Positions 51,237-64,000 of a DNA stretch of 64,000 bases are shown piece after piece; position 1 is the first letter of the stretch; each line of letters opens with the position of its first letter. The position numbers were made by a program, and so were the translations under genes. Origin of the DNA: Lytechinus pictus (taxonomy: Eukaryota); contig NC_087252.1 of the NCBI RefSeq assembly GCF_037042905.1, forward strand, positions 20,896,001-20,960,000, written 5' to 3'. Under the pieces are notes generated by a model that saw nothing but the letters and a program-made list of their open reading frames with translations, made no database searches and was not told the origin of the DNA.

Positions 51237-53709
51237 AGTATGCTCTACTCTGAACTTTTTTCAGGGATCTTGATAATGAAGCTTCATTGAATGCCATTCA
51301 CAGTTCTCTGTAGACCATTGCGTTTTAAAATCAGGGATAAAGTGCCATATTTTCTTTACGCTTTTGATATAGCAAATATTTCATTGATATTGTATTAAGT
51401 TTTTATCATTTTTATTGCATAAAACCATGTTGAAATGATTCATACTTACAGACACAAAGTGAATACATTCGTAATAGTGGCCTACAAATCTTTATGTATA
51501 GTTTTAAATGTCATTATTTTTTGCCTCGGCATTCAGTGAAAACATATTTCAAGGAAAATATCCTGTAAATCTTAAATTACTGCATTTCATAATACATACG
51601 CCGCCAAGCATGTAGGTCACATGTCCCTGGGAAGCGGGTTGCTGAAGCACCCTAAGACTTCCCTGGGGATGCTGAGTGTTTTATTCACTGTAGGCAGCAC
51701 CCCCTGGAAAACTTACGTATGGTCAATAGCAAATAGTGAACCAAATGACCTTAATTTTTTTTGCTTGTCAAATTTAAACCAGCACCCCCTGTTAAAGAAA
51801 CCATTTCATTGGGAAGAATAAAGATTAAAAAGTGGATTTAAAAAATCCCTAGTATTTTTATGTAAGAGGTATTGTGTTGGTAGAGCGTCCGCTGCACAGT
51901 GGCTGCCAGGCCCACAATCAATTAGGCAAAATACATTTTTGGAGTATATCATTTCTGGTGTCTATTTCGAACAATAAAATATGGATTTTAAGATTTTTAA
52001 TCAAATTTGATTAATGTTACTTCAATCACTTTGGAAAAGAAACACTATTTAGTACACAGATGTGAACCAATCTCTCATGGAGTGCTGTCACAAAAAGTCC
52101 ATAATTTGTGCATATGTACAGTATAATGAAATGTACAAATTGGTATTGCAGGTAGTGTTTTTTTCTAGGCAGAGAGCAATTTCCATGATTCTAAAATTGA
52201 AATTGTCGCATTGAATGAAAATGGTCAATATGATCAATGCTGACCGAAAATGGGGCTTCAAAGTATCAATTTTCCCGAATTGATTATTTTTTTGTGTTAA
52301 ACTTGTTGACAATATTCATATGAAGTGGAGATAATGGCAAGACCAGTATGTAGCTATGTGTACATGATATATATGGTGATTCTGTCTGTTGAAATATTTG
52401 AATATGTTTTTCTTTTAAAGAGAACAGTACTATTTGATGCCCCATTGCCCCCTTCATGAGGCATTTCAAGCATCTTGTTTTGTTTTTTTCCATTGGATAA
52501 ATGTTGTGAAAAAGGGCCAATCGTCATTATGCTATGAAGTATAGCTTTTTTTCCGAAATGGAAATAGACCCTGGTCTGTTATGGGTGACATTATTCTTTA
52601 TTTTTGTACAAACTCTGCCCATCTTTAAATGCATCATTCCTTATATTTGTTTCTGTTGCCAGTTTTGTTAAATAATATTCTGTGTTAATTTCTGTTTGGC
52701 ACCAGAAAACAGTACCAAATTAACAGAATTACCTCATACACAGATGTCAAATGCTTTTATTTTTTCTTACTGTACAAGTTTTGCACCTCCCCCCCCCCCC
52801 CCCCCCCCCCGGAAAAAATAGAAAGCCTTGTGTACTTTGCGACAATATATCCTCCATAGAGCTGAAGGAGTGTTAATTTATATGGCCTAAATGCTCATTT
52901 TGCAGTTCTATATTAGTGATACAGTGTCATATGTAATGTGTACATCTCTGCATTCATGTTAACCTGTAGAAGAAGCAATCCTTTCTGTGAAAAATAACAT
53001 ATATTTTCATTTAAATAAGTTATATTATCATCTTGCCAAATATTTTTTTTTCAGTTATCTCCCCCTCCCGAACAGTTTTCAGTCAGAAGTTAATGTATTC
53101 AGACCTTTTAACATTAAATTGAATTGGTCATTAATTTTTACCTTGATAAGATCTGTGAAGTAGTAACCTATTGTTTTATTCTTTTGTAGATCTAATCTAT
53201 TACCTTGCTTGAAACAAGTTTGAAAGATTGTATTTTTTTACTGTCACATGTAGAATTTAATTTTCTTAGAACAGAATTAAAAAATGGGTATTGTGTCCCT
53301 TCAAGACTGAAAGAAAGGCTACATTTTCTGGAATAGTTAAACAGACTTCTTTTTTTCATCATTGTATCCTGAAATTGCTCAAAGAAATTGTATTATGTCA
53401 CTTAAAAGTGCAAATCATGTATGCAGATATTGGTGTGAAAATTGAAAAATGCAACGAAACAATATTTAGATATAGTATGGAAAGGAAAAAGGCAGTTTAG
53501 ATAGTATAAAATGTGAACATGAATATATACATGTTAATGTAAGTGATACTGTGAAATTGATTCTAAATGTGAATGTATATATTAGTGCAGAAGTAAGTAC
53601 AATAAATATATTGTGATCTTAATGTATGATAAAATGTGATTGTTCCTCTGTTGTTTGTCTGTGGAATATGACCACTTTTCTTGCAAGTCTACATTTACAC
53701 TTAACGTTA

Positions 53710-53972
53710 ATAATAATACCAACATGCTTTATATAGAGCATATCACTGCCAAATGCATCCCTATGCGCTTGATTGAATATTATTACCCTGGCTTTAGCCC
53801 CGCAGCCTTTTACAGCGCAGTGGCATTTCAAGGAATAAATTCCTGCCAGGTACCCATTCTTCTCACCTGGGTTGAGTGCAGCACAATGTGGATATATTTT
53901 GCCATGGCTGGGATTCGAACCCACGACCCCGTTTCAAAGTCTGAAGACTAATCCACTGGGCCACAACGCTCT
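53710..53972 (-). mobile_element. tRNA-derived SINE (CORE-like)
   Basis: Homologous to 3005-3215; minus-strand B box GGTTCGAATCCC. Followed on + by a CT-rich tract to ~54255. Confidence 0.82.
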
Positions 53973-56194
53973 ACGTTCTCTGCCCCTCTCTCTCCCCTGT
54001 CTTCTACCACTTTCTACCCCTCTCTCCTTCCCTCCCTCTCTTTCACTCGCACACAAATACACCCACCCTATTCCCGTCTCCATTTTCTAATGCTCTCTCT
54101 CTCTTTACCCCTCTCTCTCTCACCTTTTCCCTTTGTCCTTCCCCCTTAGCCCGCCCTCTCTTTTGTTCTTTTTCTATCCCTCCTCTCTCTCTCACACACA
54201 CGCACACCTACTCTCTTTTCCTTCCCTTTTCCCGTCCTCTTCCTCTCTCCCACTCATTCCCCATGTCAATCTTGATCTCCATGCAAATCAAACAGTTAAA
54301 GAAAAGGGGGGGGGGGGTTCAAATAAATGAATAGAGAATGAGAAACAAAAGATGTTTAAAACATAAACTAAGGAATTTTTATCAATACAAATTTTTTTTT
54401 AAGTCACTAATACTTATTGTGAATGACTATTGTTCACATAGATTTCAATTTATTAAACAAAACCAACCGAACCATTTACATTGTACGTTAATATACTTCC
54501 TCAAAGGAGATAACCTTTATTGATCATTTGCAAACTAAATTTGACGGTAGGATTCAACAATAAAATGAGTTATGATTGAAACAGTATGAGTGAATGAATT
54601 CAAAATTTTCAATGTGTATTCACAGCTGTTACAATGTAAAAACTTGATGAATAATATTTATTACAATAGACGTGGTGCAGATATACAGGAATCTGTATAA
54701 ACATATGATATTGTATAATTATGTACAAGCAAAAATATATGAGATAAAAATGGTGAAAATAAATGGCAAGAGGTAATATTTGGCAATACTTGAATACATG
54801 TTTTCTTGTGCATTTTTATGAATATTACGCCAATGAGTATCGCATATACATGAATATGAAAGATATTTAATATTTCATTGATATACAAATCTTTATCATC
54901 ACTAAATAGGTTGAAAATAACTCTATTTTGTTGTTCGCAGCTTCACATACACAGGTTTCACTATTTTAAGTTGGTGAAATATAAAATTTTGTTTACAATG
55001 CGAGTGGAAACTTTCACTCTTCCACTCAATTCTAACTAGGCAATATTTTTTCCGATGACATTGAAAATATAAGACTTTTTTTGAAGAAGTGTGTATATTT
55101 GTGTTGTATTCATTTCTTTATGTTCGATCTTGAAATACATGTTTTGGTTATGTGTAAAAAGACAAATAACAGTCAGATATATAATTTGTGTATACAAAAG
55201 ATATTAAGTTAATACCACTAAACTGTCCTTCTTATGCTTTTGGGTAAGATGTATACCTTTTATCTTTAAATTTAAACAGGTTGGAGACATCCAGAAAAAA
55301 CCTCTATTTCAGACTTATGGTATCACTTAGTGGCAACCTTCTTTTGCCAGAAAGATTTATCTACAGCAGTTAGACTGTTTTTTAGACAATACAAGGTTAC
55401 CATTATTGCCACAATTTCTAAATACAGCTTTTTCTGACCTGTCCTGTTTAAAATTATGAGATACCAAGTTTTTACATGTAGCAGCCCACTAACAATATAA
55501 TTTTGCTGTACATACACATAACCACAGGACATAGTTTTCCTGCAGCAAACTTGGATTTTCAAAAGTTCAAAGCCAAATTGAAAAAAAAAAATCAAATCCT
55601 GGCATACATGTAGTTTGAGCAAGGTGAACATTATAAAATAAGAAAAACTACTTAAATTGAGTATACTGAAAATCGACAACATGAAATACAGAATGCCTTG
55701 CTTATTATCAAGTTGACTAATTTACTGATCATTGACAGAATTTCTATCTGCGCCATTTGGCACATGATAATCATTTCATGCACATTTTGTAGGAATTAAG
55801 TGACTGTTACCACAACTAGGGCATGTAACATAGAGAAATACAATCAATAATTACAATCGGTTGTAAATTTATATACATGGTTGGCCATAGCCTTGCCATG
55901 CACATTGTAGTTATTGTAACAATCAGTTATATGACTGATTGTACCATTCACATTATAAAACCGTAAATATAATCTTTATTCAATACTACTGTAAGTACCA
56001 TTCATGTGAAATTAACTGCTGTAGTACTTCAAACTTTTGAATCACACTCATGGATTTGGACAGAGATCTTTTGTTTTTTAAATGACCTGATGAAGAAAGT
56101 CAGATGGGATGTTTGGAAGTTCGGTGTGATAAAAAAGTTCATAAACTCGGTGATAAAAATGGGTTTGAAATAAAATCAGTGCATTCTATTCACC

Positions 56195-56487
56195 CTAGGT
56201 TGCTTCTGAAGGTTCTTCTGTAGTAATGCTTGGTTCCTCGGTGGTGATAGGAGGTTCTTGTGCAGGTTCAGTCGGCTCCGGTGCCGGTTCAGTCGGTTCC
56301 TGTGTGCTTGCTGTACCCTCTTCTGTGGTTTCAGCTGGTACATCTTCAGTTTCCTGAGGTGTTGGCTGACTTTCTTCTGGTACAGCATCACTTTCTGATG
56401 GTACCTCCTCGGTGTCTGGCAACGCTGCTTCTGCTTCTAACGGTACCCCTTCATCTGCTTGTGGTGCAGTCTGTGCTTCTTCAAGCG
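56195..56487 (-). CDS. Last coding exon of an unidentified gene; acidic E/P/T/A-rich low-complexity C-terminus (ALEEAQTAPQADEGVPLEAEAALPDTEEVPSE...ITTEEPSITTEEPSEAT*)
   Basis: CAG acceptor (56488-56490), phase 1, open to TAG at 56195-56197; strong GAA/CCA/ACA codon periodicity. Confidence 0.85.
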
Positions 56488-56967
56488 CTGTTTCAATATA
56501 TAATACAAAATATTACATATGATAGAAACTTTTTATCAAATTTCTTCCTAAAAATTGCCAATACATGCAATATAAGCAGCTATTTTTTTTAAATCTCTAC
56601 ATTTCAATTTGAATTGGGTAGTCTTTTCATAAATTTTATCAAAATTCAAAGTCAACTTGATTAGTAGCCAATGACAAATACACATGGGGAGATATACAAC
56701 TGAACTCTTCTCAACAGAGTGTACAATTGAGTTTTAAGCAATATAAAAAATGTAAATGGTAATTGAACAAAAAGGTTTGTCAATAATAGCAGGATCCATT
56801 CCAGTTAATCTTTTGGGACTGGTAATCGCTAATCTTAAAAAGGTTCATGCTTCCCTCTGTACTGAATAAATACTTTTAAGATGAACTGTAATAAAAAAAA
56901 GGGTCTTAATTTACATGCTACAATGATGATGAACGACTTTATCAAAAAAACCTGAAATATTACTTGC

Positions 56968-57081
56968 CTGCGTTAACAGGTGTTTGCTCAGGCTCTGCCT
57001 CTTTTGCCTCATCTGCAACCTGATTGGTCGATTCCACAACTTTCTCAATGACATCACTTTCTGGTGCTGCTGGTGGTTCTT
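56968..57081 (-). CDS. Penultimate coding exon of the same gene (EPPAAPESDVIEKVVESTNQVADEAKEAEPEQTPVNA)
   Basis: Pyrimidine tract + CAG acceptor (57082-57084), 114 nt phase 1/1, CAG|GCAAGT donor; joins the next exon in frame. Confidence 0.8.
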
Positions 57082-57957
57082 CTGTTCAATAGGAAAAGAA
57101 AAAAAATATGGAGTGAATGAATATGAAGTGCAAAAGTTATTGAAATCAAGTAGATATTGCCGCTGATAAGACATACTGTATCAAGTTCATGCTTTAATAC
57201 AGAATAAAAATTAAATATGTACAATTGAATTCTAATTAATAGACGTCATGCCCGAGGGGGCCACTTACATTGACGAGTGGATACCATGCGCGACCAAAAA
57301 AACACGTAAAAAGGATGTCTTTTTCAAGATAGGGCACGTTACGTAACGTGATAAGGGTGTCAAAAACACAAAAATAATGAAAAAAGGGTATCTATTTTGC
57401 TAGGAAAGCTACGTGTTTAGGGTCAAATTTGCGGGGATTGATCAACAAAATCATGACGAAAAACCTCCATTTGAGAACACTATACCCCAGTTTCCCTTGC
57501 AATAAATTCTCTTCTCCAAGTACGACAAACCCTACTGCCCCAAGCATGCAATGTAAGTATCAAAACACCTGTTTCTTGACCTCGGTCCGAAGATAACACA
57601 ACAGCCCGGCATATACAGTCACAGCAGGGGGCCACACACGATGGGATGCATGCGCAGCGCTGAGTGCGGACCCGGTAAGCACGCCGTCATTTCTATTCCC
57701 TTACTTTCCTTATTTCGAGGTCGATTTTCTTCGTTCGAAAAAAAACCATTGAATTTCTGAATACAAGATGCCTTTGAAAACGTGATTAAATATCGAATAC
57801 AATAATTTCATTCAGAAGGTCCTACTACAGGCAGAGAAGTCTTACGTAATAGCACAGCTGTTGTTTATCATTTCGTCCTTGGCTCAACGCTCATAATCTG
57901 GCCTGTGGAGGTGAAATTGAGACAGCGGGGATTACCTGGCCAAGCGGGGTTGATCAG

Positions 57958-58098
57958 GCGGGTGTTTCATAAAGCTGTTCGTAAGTTAAGAGCGACTGGT
58001 GATCCTGTCTTGCAGTAAATGGTACACACCATTGGCGATAATCACCAGTCGCTCTTTAAGTCGCTCTTAACTTACGAACAGCTTTATGAAACGGCCCC
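57958..58098. mobile_element. Short palindromic MITE
   Basis: GTTTCATAAAGCTGTTCGTAAGTTAAGAGCGAC / GTCGCTCTTAACTTACGAACAGCTTTATGAAAC; CAG/CTG flanks; same family as the element at ~47968. Confidence 0.85.
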
Positions 58099-58157
58099 CT
58101 GGGCTTGGAAATGATGTTTTAGATTTTCAAATGCAAAATGGCCCTTATAAAAATCGC

Positions 58158-58960
58158 CAATGGTATTTGAATGGTGGCGAATGGTAGTTGAATGGTGAAT
58201 TGAATGGTAAATGGTACGTGATTGGTATTTAAGTGGTGTTTCAATGGTACGTGCTTAATGGTAAGTGGTAGTCTGTTTAATGGTAAATGGTATACCATAT
58301 ATCCAATGGTGTCTCAGTGGTATGTTCCTAATTGTATGATTGGTATGATGAATGGTATACCATATACCAAATGGTGTTTCAATGGTATACAATGGTATCT
58401 CATTTGTATGTGTCTAATGGTATGATTTGTATGGTGAATGGTATACCATATACCCAATGGTGTCTCAGTGGTATCGAATGGTATCTTAGTGTTATGTGTC
58501 TTCAATGGTATGGTTGTATGGTGAATGGTATACCATATACCAAATGGTGTTTCAATGGTATACAATGGTATCTCATTTGCATGTGTCTAATGGTATGATT
58601 TGTATGGTGAATGGTATACCATATACCCAATGGTGTCTCAGTGGTATCGAATGGTGTCTTAGTGTTATGTGTATTCAATGGTATGGTTGTATGGTGAATG
58701 GTACACCATATACCAAATGGTGTTTCAATGGTATACAATGGTGTTTCATTTGTATGTGTCTAATGGTATGATTTGTATGGTGAATGGTATACCATACCCA
58801 ATGGTGTCTCAGTGGTATCGAATGGTGTCTTAGTGGTATGTGTCTCCAATGGTATGGTGGAATGGTGAACGGTTTTACCATACCAAATGGTGTCTAGCTC
58901 AGTGGTATCCAATGGTATGGTGTGTGCTTGTATATGATTGGTATGGTAAATGTGTCTCAG
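58158..58960. repeat. AATGGTA-based minisatellite with a 173-bp higher-order unit (~3.5 copies)
   Basis: ccatataccaaatggtgtttcaatggtatacaatgg recurs at 173-bp spacing (~58360, 58533, 58706). Confidence 0.9.
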
Positions 58961-61900
58961 TAGAATGTGCCTTAATGGATAGGTGTTTTAAAGGTGAATC
59001 GAATACCAAAAGATAAATTGTAATTTAACGATGGCTTTAATAGTGGTGTGTGCCTAATGAGTTGTATTTATGCTAACGGTGAATGGTATGCCCAATTGCA
59101 TTACCCAATAACACAATTCCGAAGATTTAAAGAAAATCCATCAACGATTAAAAAGTAATTAGAGTTATTATAATTTTTGATTTGTGACTTTTATGCGAAC
59201 AGCTTCCCCAAATCAAGCCTAATCGCTCACGATGGTAAACATGGTCTCTTGCATTCTTTTAAATTGTCTTTGTCTACTAAGTGAAAGGCCTGGAATTGTT
59301 TAGATAAGATCCAGTGCGTATATTAATTTGATATATTTTACAATTGTACATATTACTTTGTAAATTTATATTTGATGCACTGAGTGCAAAAAAAGCAATC
59401 AATCAATGAAATCTTATTTTATAAAAGGGTTTTTATTGTACCTTGATATCAACATACAAATTATTTCACAGCCGCTCCTGAAAGGGAAGAATATAGTCAT
59501 CATTTACAATACAAATTTTGAAATGTATACATGCAAGTTTTTGGGAGCAAAGAACATGAAAGAGCATGAACAAGATGCGAATCGTACTAAATAGAAAATT
59601 GTACATTTCACCATCCTTTCTTTTCTCATTTTGTTTCTTGGTATAATTTGAACGGCACACCGCCTGCCCTATCTGTACGGTATACAGTTTTTTTTATGAA
59701 ACGTCCCCCCCCCCTTTTTTTTCAAAGTTTTATTCTATTTTTAAATTAATTTTCTTATTCAATTATTGCCCCTTTTTATAAAGAGAGCTATGGGGTGTTG
59801 CAAGAAAATATTTGCAGTCAATCCCAAAATCGGTTGCAAATTTATACGTGATAGACTAATTTCATCTAAAGTAAACCAATTTATAGATTTATTGATGGAA
59901 GAAACAATAAATCAGTTGCAAGTTTGCAATGAAAAGTCAGACTTTCAACTGATTTTGGAGTTTGAAATTGACTTGCGTTCAATTGCAAGTTTCTTACAAT
60001 GTCCCATAGGTCATTATTTTTCTTAAAATGAATTCACTGTTGGTTGTCTTCCTCCCCCAACCCCTATCGAAATTTCCATCGGCAAACCCTGATTTTGGTC
60101 TGCAACGACCAAAGCCCCCTCCCGGCCAATTTATATATCACTACTACTGCTTTCGATCATGAAACGTTCCTCTTTTAATTTTTTTCAAAACAAATTATAT
60201 TTTAATTATTTTGTCTCCCTTATGGACGGTGTTTATAAAGAGGAGAGCTATTCTAGGCCGGTCATTACTTGCTTAATTGAAATGATTTGTCTGTTACATT
60301 GTCTTGCCCCCCTCCCCCCAATAAAATTCCCTGACGCCATACAATGTAACAGAAAAACTACTAAACGAAATTCTCAATTGCAATCAAAACAAAAGCGAAA
60401 TTAAACAAAGAGAGAAAAGGAACCAAAAAGAAATAAGTAAAAAAAATATATCGAAAAAAAGAAAAATAAATTTAAAAAAAGAAAAGATAAAGACTAAGAC
60501 AAAGTAAAGAAGAAAGATTGAACAGAAAAAAAAAGAAGAGAAAAAAGAAGGAAAAAGAAAAAAAAATGGAAAGAAAAGAAAGAAAGACATGGAATTATAT
60601 AAAACAGAAAAAAAAATGAGCGAAATTATTTTTTCATAGATCCTTTCAAAGGATAAAGCAGTGGCAAAAATTGACTGCATGGTTGCCAACCCAGAACCAA
60701 TCAAGAAAAAGACACCCCTGATTTGGTCTTACATGCAATTCACCCCATATCGGGATGTATCTTGGCGAAGAAGCCCCCTCCCCCTGATTTGGTCTTAATT
60801 TACCCCCCCCCCCCCCATATCGGGATGTGTTGGCTGCACTGCTATGTAAGTGTCGTTCTCGCACGCGCGCTCGCGCACGTACGCATGTAACCGCCAGTTG
60901 CAATTTTTGAAAAAAAAACGATCAACCACTGTTTCGCTGTTGCAAAGTCCCTCGATAATTCATCATAAACTAAAGGAACACAGGTCAGATTCGGACAACG
61001 ACTTCAAAGTCATTTGCAGAATAGGCTAAACAGTAAGTTAGATAACAATTTTCTTTGATATTGTTTTCGTAGTTAGTGGCTCGGCCTGATTTCTTAGAAT
61101 GTTACTGTTACTGTTAGATGTCGTTGTACCGCCACGGGAATTCACTGCCACGATCACCACCGTCACTGCCCCGTTGGCGCGGGCCGGGACACGCCTGGCT
61201 CTGGCGATATTGATTATGGGGTGCGTTATGCTTTGTATTGGCTGAGGTGAGCTGAGCCAAGCATTGAATAGTAATTCGCTCGTATGGCCTGATATTTATT
61301 GTCAATGTTTTACAAAACCATCTCTGAATACCGGTATGAATTTATGAAGCAATGACTTGTTGAATTAATGCAGTACAGTGCAGTACTGTCATGACATTGA
61401 CTGTCAAAGTGTCAATTAGGCCATTGGTTACTGCACAACGTTTTTTCACTGAAATGGAAACCTTGCCGAAAAATATTGCTCTGGAATGAGGCCTATAATT
61501 TGTTGTTGTTGGTAGGCCTAGATAATATTGGTAAATTTAAGATGACATGGACATGGTAGTATTCAGGTGAAACATGGTAAGGTGTCCTACATGATATTAA
61601 AGTAAAGGCTACGCAGGCCCTAAAAAGCTCGCACCACTTATTTGCGCATGCAATTTCAATGGTAAAATGTGCACTTTGTGTGCGGAACTGTGACTGGAGA
61701 GAGTGACAAACGATTCCTATTCATTTTTCTAGAGAGGCTACAATAGTTATTCAGGGAAATCCTACAACTGTTTGGAATTAACATGTTTTAGAAATTGAGG
61801 CCAGCTGACTAAAATCACAATTCCTGAATTTTTTCCTTGGGATTTTTCCGTGGGATTGGGCGCTAAATTTGCACCGAACAACTTCGAGCATAATTCCCCA

Positions 61901-62344
61901 CCAAATAGTGTTCTCAAATGTCATAGCGAGTCTGAATTGCATTTGAGTGTCCATATGCCCACTGCTTTCCGAATATTGGGAACAGCTGTACCGGTATATT
62001 GGCTTCGATCTCTACGTCATTGTTTGAATCTTAATGCGTTGCTTTGCCGTAATTTTGATATGGACTGAAGTAACGAAATCATGCAAACTGCCGCAGATAA
62101 ATCTTTTGGTCGCTAACTTCAGTCCTTATAAACTACGGTGAAGCCAAGCAAAGTGATGTCTGACTGAGAATTTGAACGATAACATAATGTTTAATCTTGG
62201 GGCCCGGAAAGTTTAGCAAAAAAAATCCGGGCCCTGGAACTCGGAGCCACCGCTCAACACCGTTGCTGCAGCCCTAGAAAAAACCTGGCCCCGATAATCC
62301 CAAATGCACTTTCTTACCCTGCGATGTTAGCGAACTAATTTAAC

Positions 62345-62808
62345 CTTAACATTTGTCCGAATCAATTCATCGGCTTTTGGTTCAGAACCAAAACCCGATG
62401 CAGAATCGGCTTGTGGTTTATCTTGCACTGCGTTTACACGCTGTTACAGCTAGCAGTGCAGAATCGGCTCGCGTGTCAAAAACCTGAATTGATACGCACA
62501 CCAACAATATACGTCATAATAAAGACAACGCTGGATCCGTGCGCTTCCAATTACGTCACAATGGTAATGTAAATGAAATGTGCATTAGCAATGCAGAATA
62601 AATTTACTGTTTACACGTAGTAAAAAGGCCAATTCTGCATCGGCTCGCGGTTCTGAACCTACTACTTTGTTGGTGCAAATTGCCGATTCTGAACCGCGAG
62701 CCGATGCAAGTTAATCGTGTTTACACGCTATGAAAAATCCGATGCTGCATCGGCTCGCGGTTCTGAACCGCGAGCCGATGCAAAAGCCGATTAAGTGTAA
62801 ACATGGTA
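62345..62808. mobile_element. MITE-like element with GCATCGGCTCGCGGTTCTGAACC and GTTTACAC repeats
   Basis: Multiple direct and inverted copies of the motif; right end GTGTAAACATGGT; left end degenerate. Confidence 0.6.
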
Positions 62809-62893
62809 TATATTTCCATTGGAAATATCTTCTGTAACTTTCAAAAGGAGGGAAACTCTTGTGTAAAGACGCCATATTTACATTAAACACATT

Positions 62894-63726
62894 GGCCCAA
62901 ATTCACAAAGGTGGTTTTGAAAACCCACGGTTGAGTCCATGGTTTATGCAGATTTCCTGTATAAATTATGCTTAATTTAGCACGTATCTGGCACGTGTAT
63001 AAAAAATGTCAAATTCTGATGCGCGCTTTTGTCGCAGTGCGCCAAATTGACGCCTGTTACCATGGTTAGATACGCTATTTTATTCATGAGTCCACTGTTG
63101 AATAGTGGACTCATTGGCCCGAATTCACAAAGGTGGTTTTGAAAACCCACGGTTGAGTCCATGGTTTATGTAGATTTCCTGTATAAATTACGCTTAATTT
63201 AGCGCGTATGTAAGAAATGTCCAATGCTAATGCGCGCTTTTGTCACAGTGCGCCAAATTGACGCCTGTTACCATGGTTATATAAATACGCTATTTTATTC
63301 ATGAGTCCACTGTTTTTATTCATGAGTCCACTCTTTAAACAGTGGACTCATGAATAAAATAGCGTATCTAACCATGGTAACAGGCGTCAATTTGACGCAC
63401 TGTGACAAAAGCGCGCATCAGCATTGGACATTTTTTATACACGCGCCAGATACGCGCTAAATTAAGCGTAATTTATACATGAAACCATGGGTTTTCAAAA
63501 CCACCTTTGTGAATTCGGGCCATTAATTCAAAACAGTGGACTCGTGAATAAAATAGCGTGGATAGCCACAGCAACATGCGTCAATTTGGCGCACTGTAAC
63601 ACAAGCGCGCATAAGCCTTGGACATATTTTGATATATGCTGTAAAATAAGCGTCATTTATACAGGAAATCTCCATAAACCATGGACTCACCCGGGGTTTT
63701 AAAAACCACCTTTTCGAATTCGGGTC
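62894..63726. mobile_element. Palindromic MITE with a same-family copy (63116-63521) inserted near its centre; ATT TSDs
   Basis: ATT|GGCCC(A/G)AATTCACAAAGGTGGTTTTGAAAACCC at 62894 and 63116; inverse ends followed by ATT at 63521 and 63726. Confidence 0.88.
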
Positions 63727-64000
63727 ATTGACTATTGCTCTCAAGGGGGGGGGGGGGGGGGCACAGGTCAATTGTGCCCATCTGGATCCGCTACTGTGAT
63801 TGTCAATACCAAGAAAATCATATTGAATGTTATCAATTAATTGATTACCTTTTGAAAACTGCTGCTCTGGAAATATGATTTCAGATCATTCTTTTTCTAT
63901 TAGATAATTTTCTCTTGCATATCTACATGATTGATGATCCAAACACGTTATGCAGCAGAGTAACTGTGTTATATTGATCTAAATATTTCCAGCATGCACA

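Noticed and set aside
56085..56125. Second hammerhead (CTGATGA at ~56087)
   Set aside because: No stem II before the GAAA and no closing stems; it lies in a probable 3' UTR of the opposite strand.
56176..56592. Alternative-frame ORFs 56176-56391 (-) and 56260-56592 (+)
   Set aside because: Shadows of the acidic exon; only the E/P/T frame fits the splice phases.
58222..58881. Repetitive ORFs on both strands
   Set aside because: Products of the 173-bp minisatellite; the unit length is not a multiple of three.

Overview
AT-rich, repeat-dense animal genomic DNA with spliceosomal genes; the repeat families suggest a marine invertebrate, probably an echinoderm or sea urchin (inference). Almost all ORFs in the supplied track are spurious. 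Three genes can be reconstructed from splice signals and reading frames. (1) A complete 4-exon, 215-aa platelet-activating-factor acetylhydrolase Ib alpha subunit gene (PAFAH1B2/3-like, SGNH fold) lies on + (25153-46270), with two candidate extra phase-0 first exons in its 16-kb first intron. (2) The first two coding exons of a divergent minus-strand gene (signal peptide, single TM helix, Cys-x-Cys) run off the left edge. (3) The last two exons of a convergent minus-strand gene encode an acidic E/P/T/A-rich tail and are joined by a GC-AG intron. The rest is non-autonomous DNA transposons (Kolobok/T2-, piggyBac-, hAT- and Harbinger-like MITEs, several nested), tRNA-derived SINEs, a 5'-truncated Penelope-like retroelement ending in a variant hammerhead ribozyme, microsatellites and minisatellites. 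The most striking unexplained signal is a clustered excess of TA-NNNN-TA palindromes, mostly TACATGTA. Comparing three local paralogous copies shows these are insertions at TA sites that resemble Tc1/mariner excision footprints, at very high local density. All counts and coordinates were read by eye.
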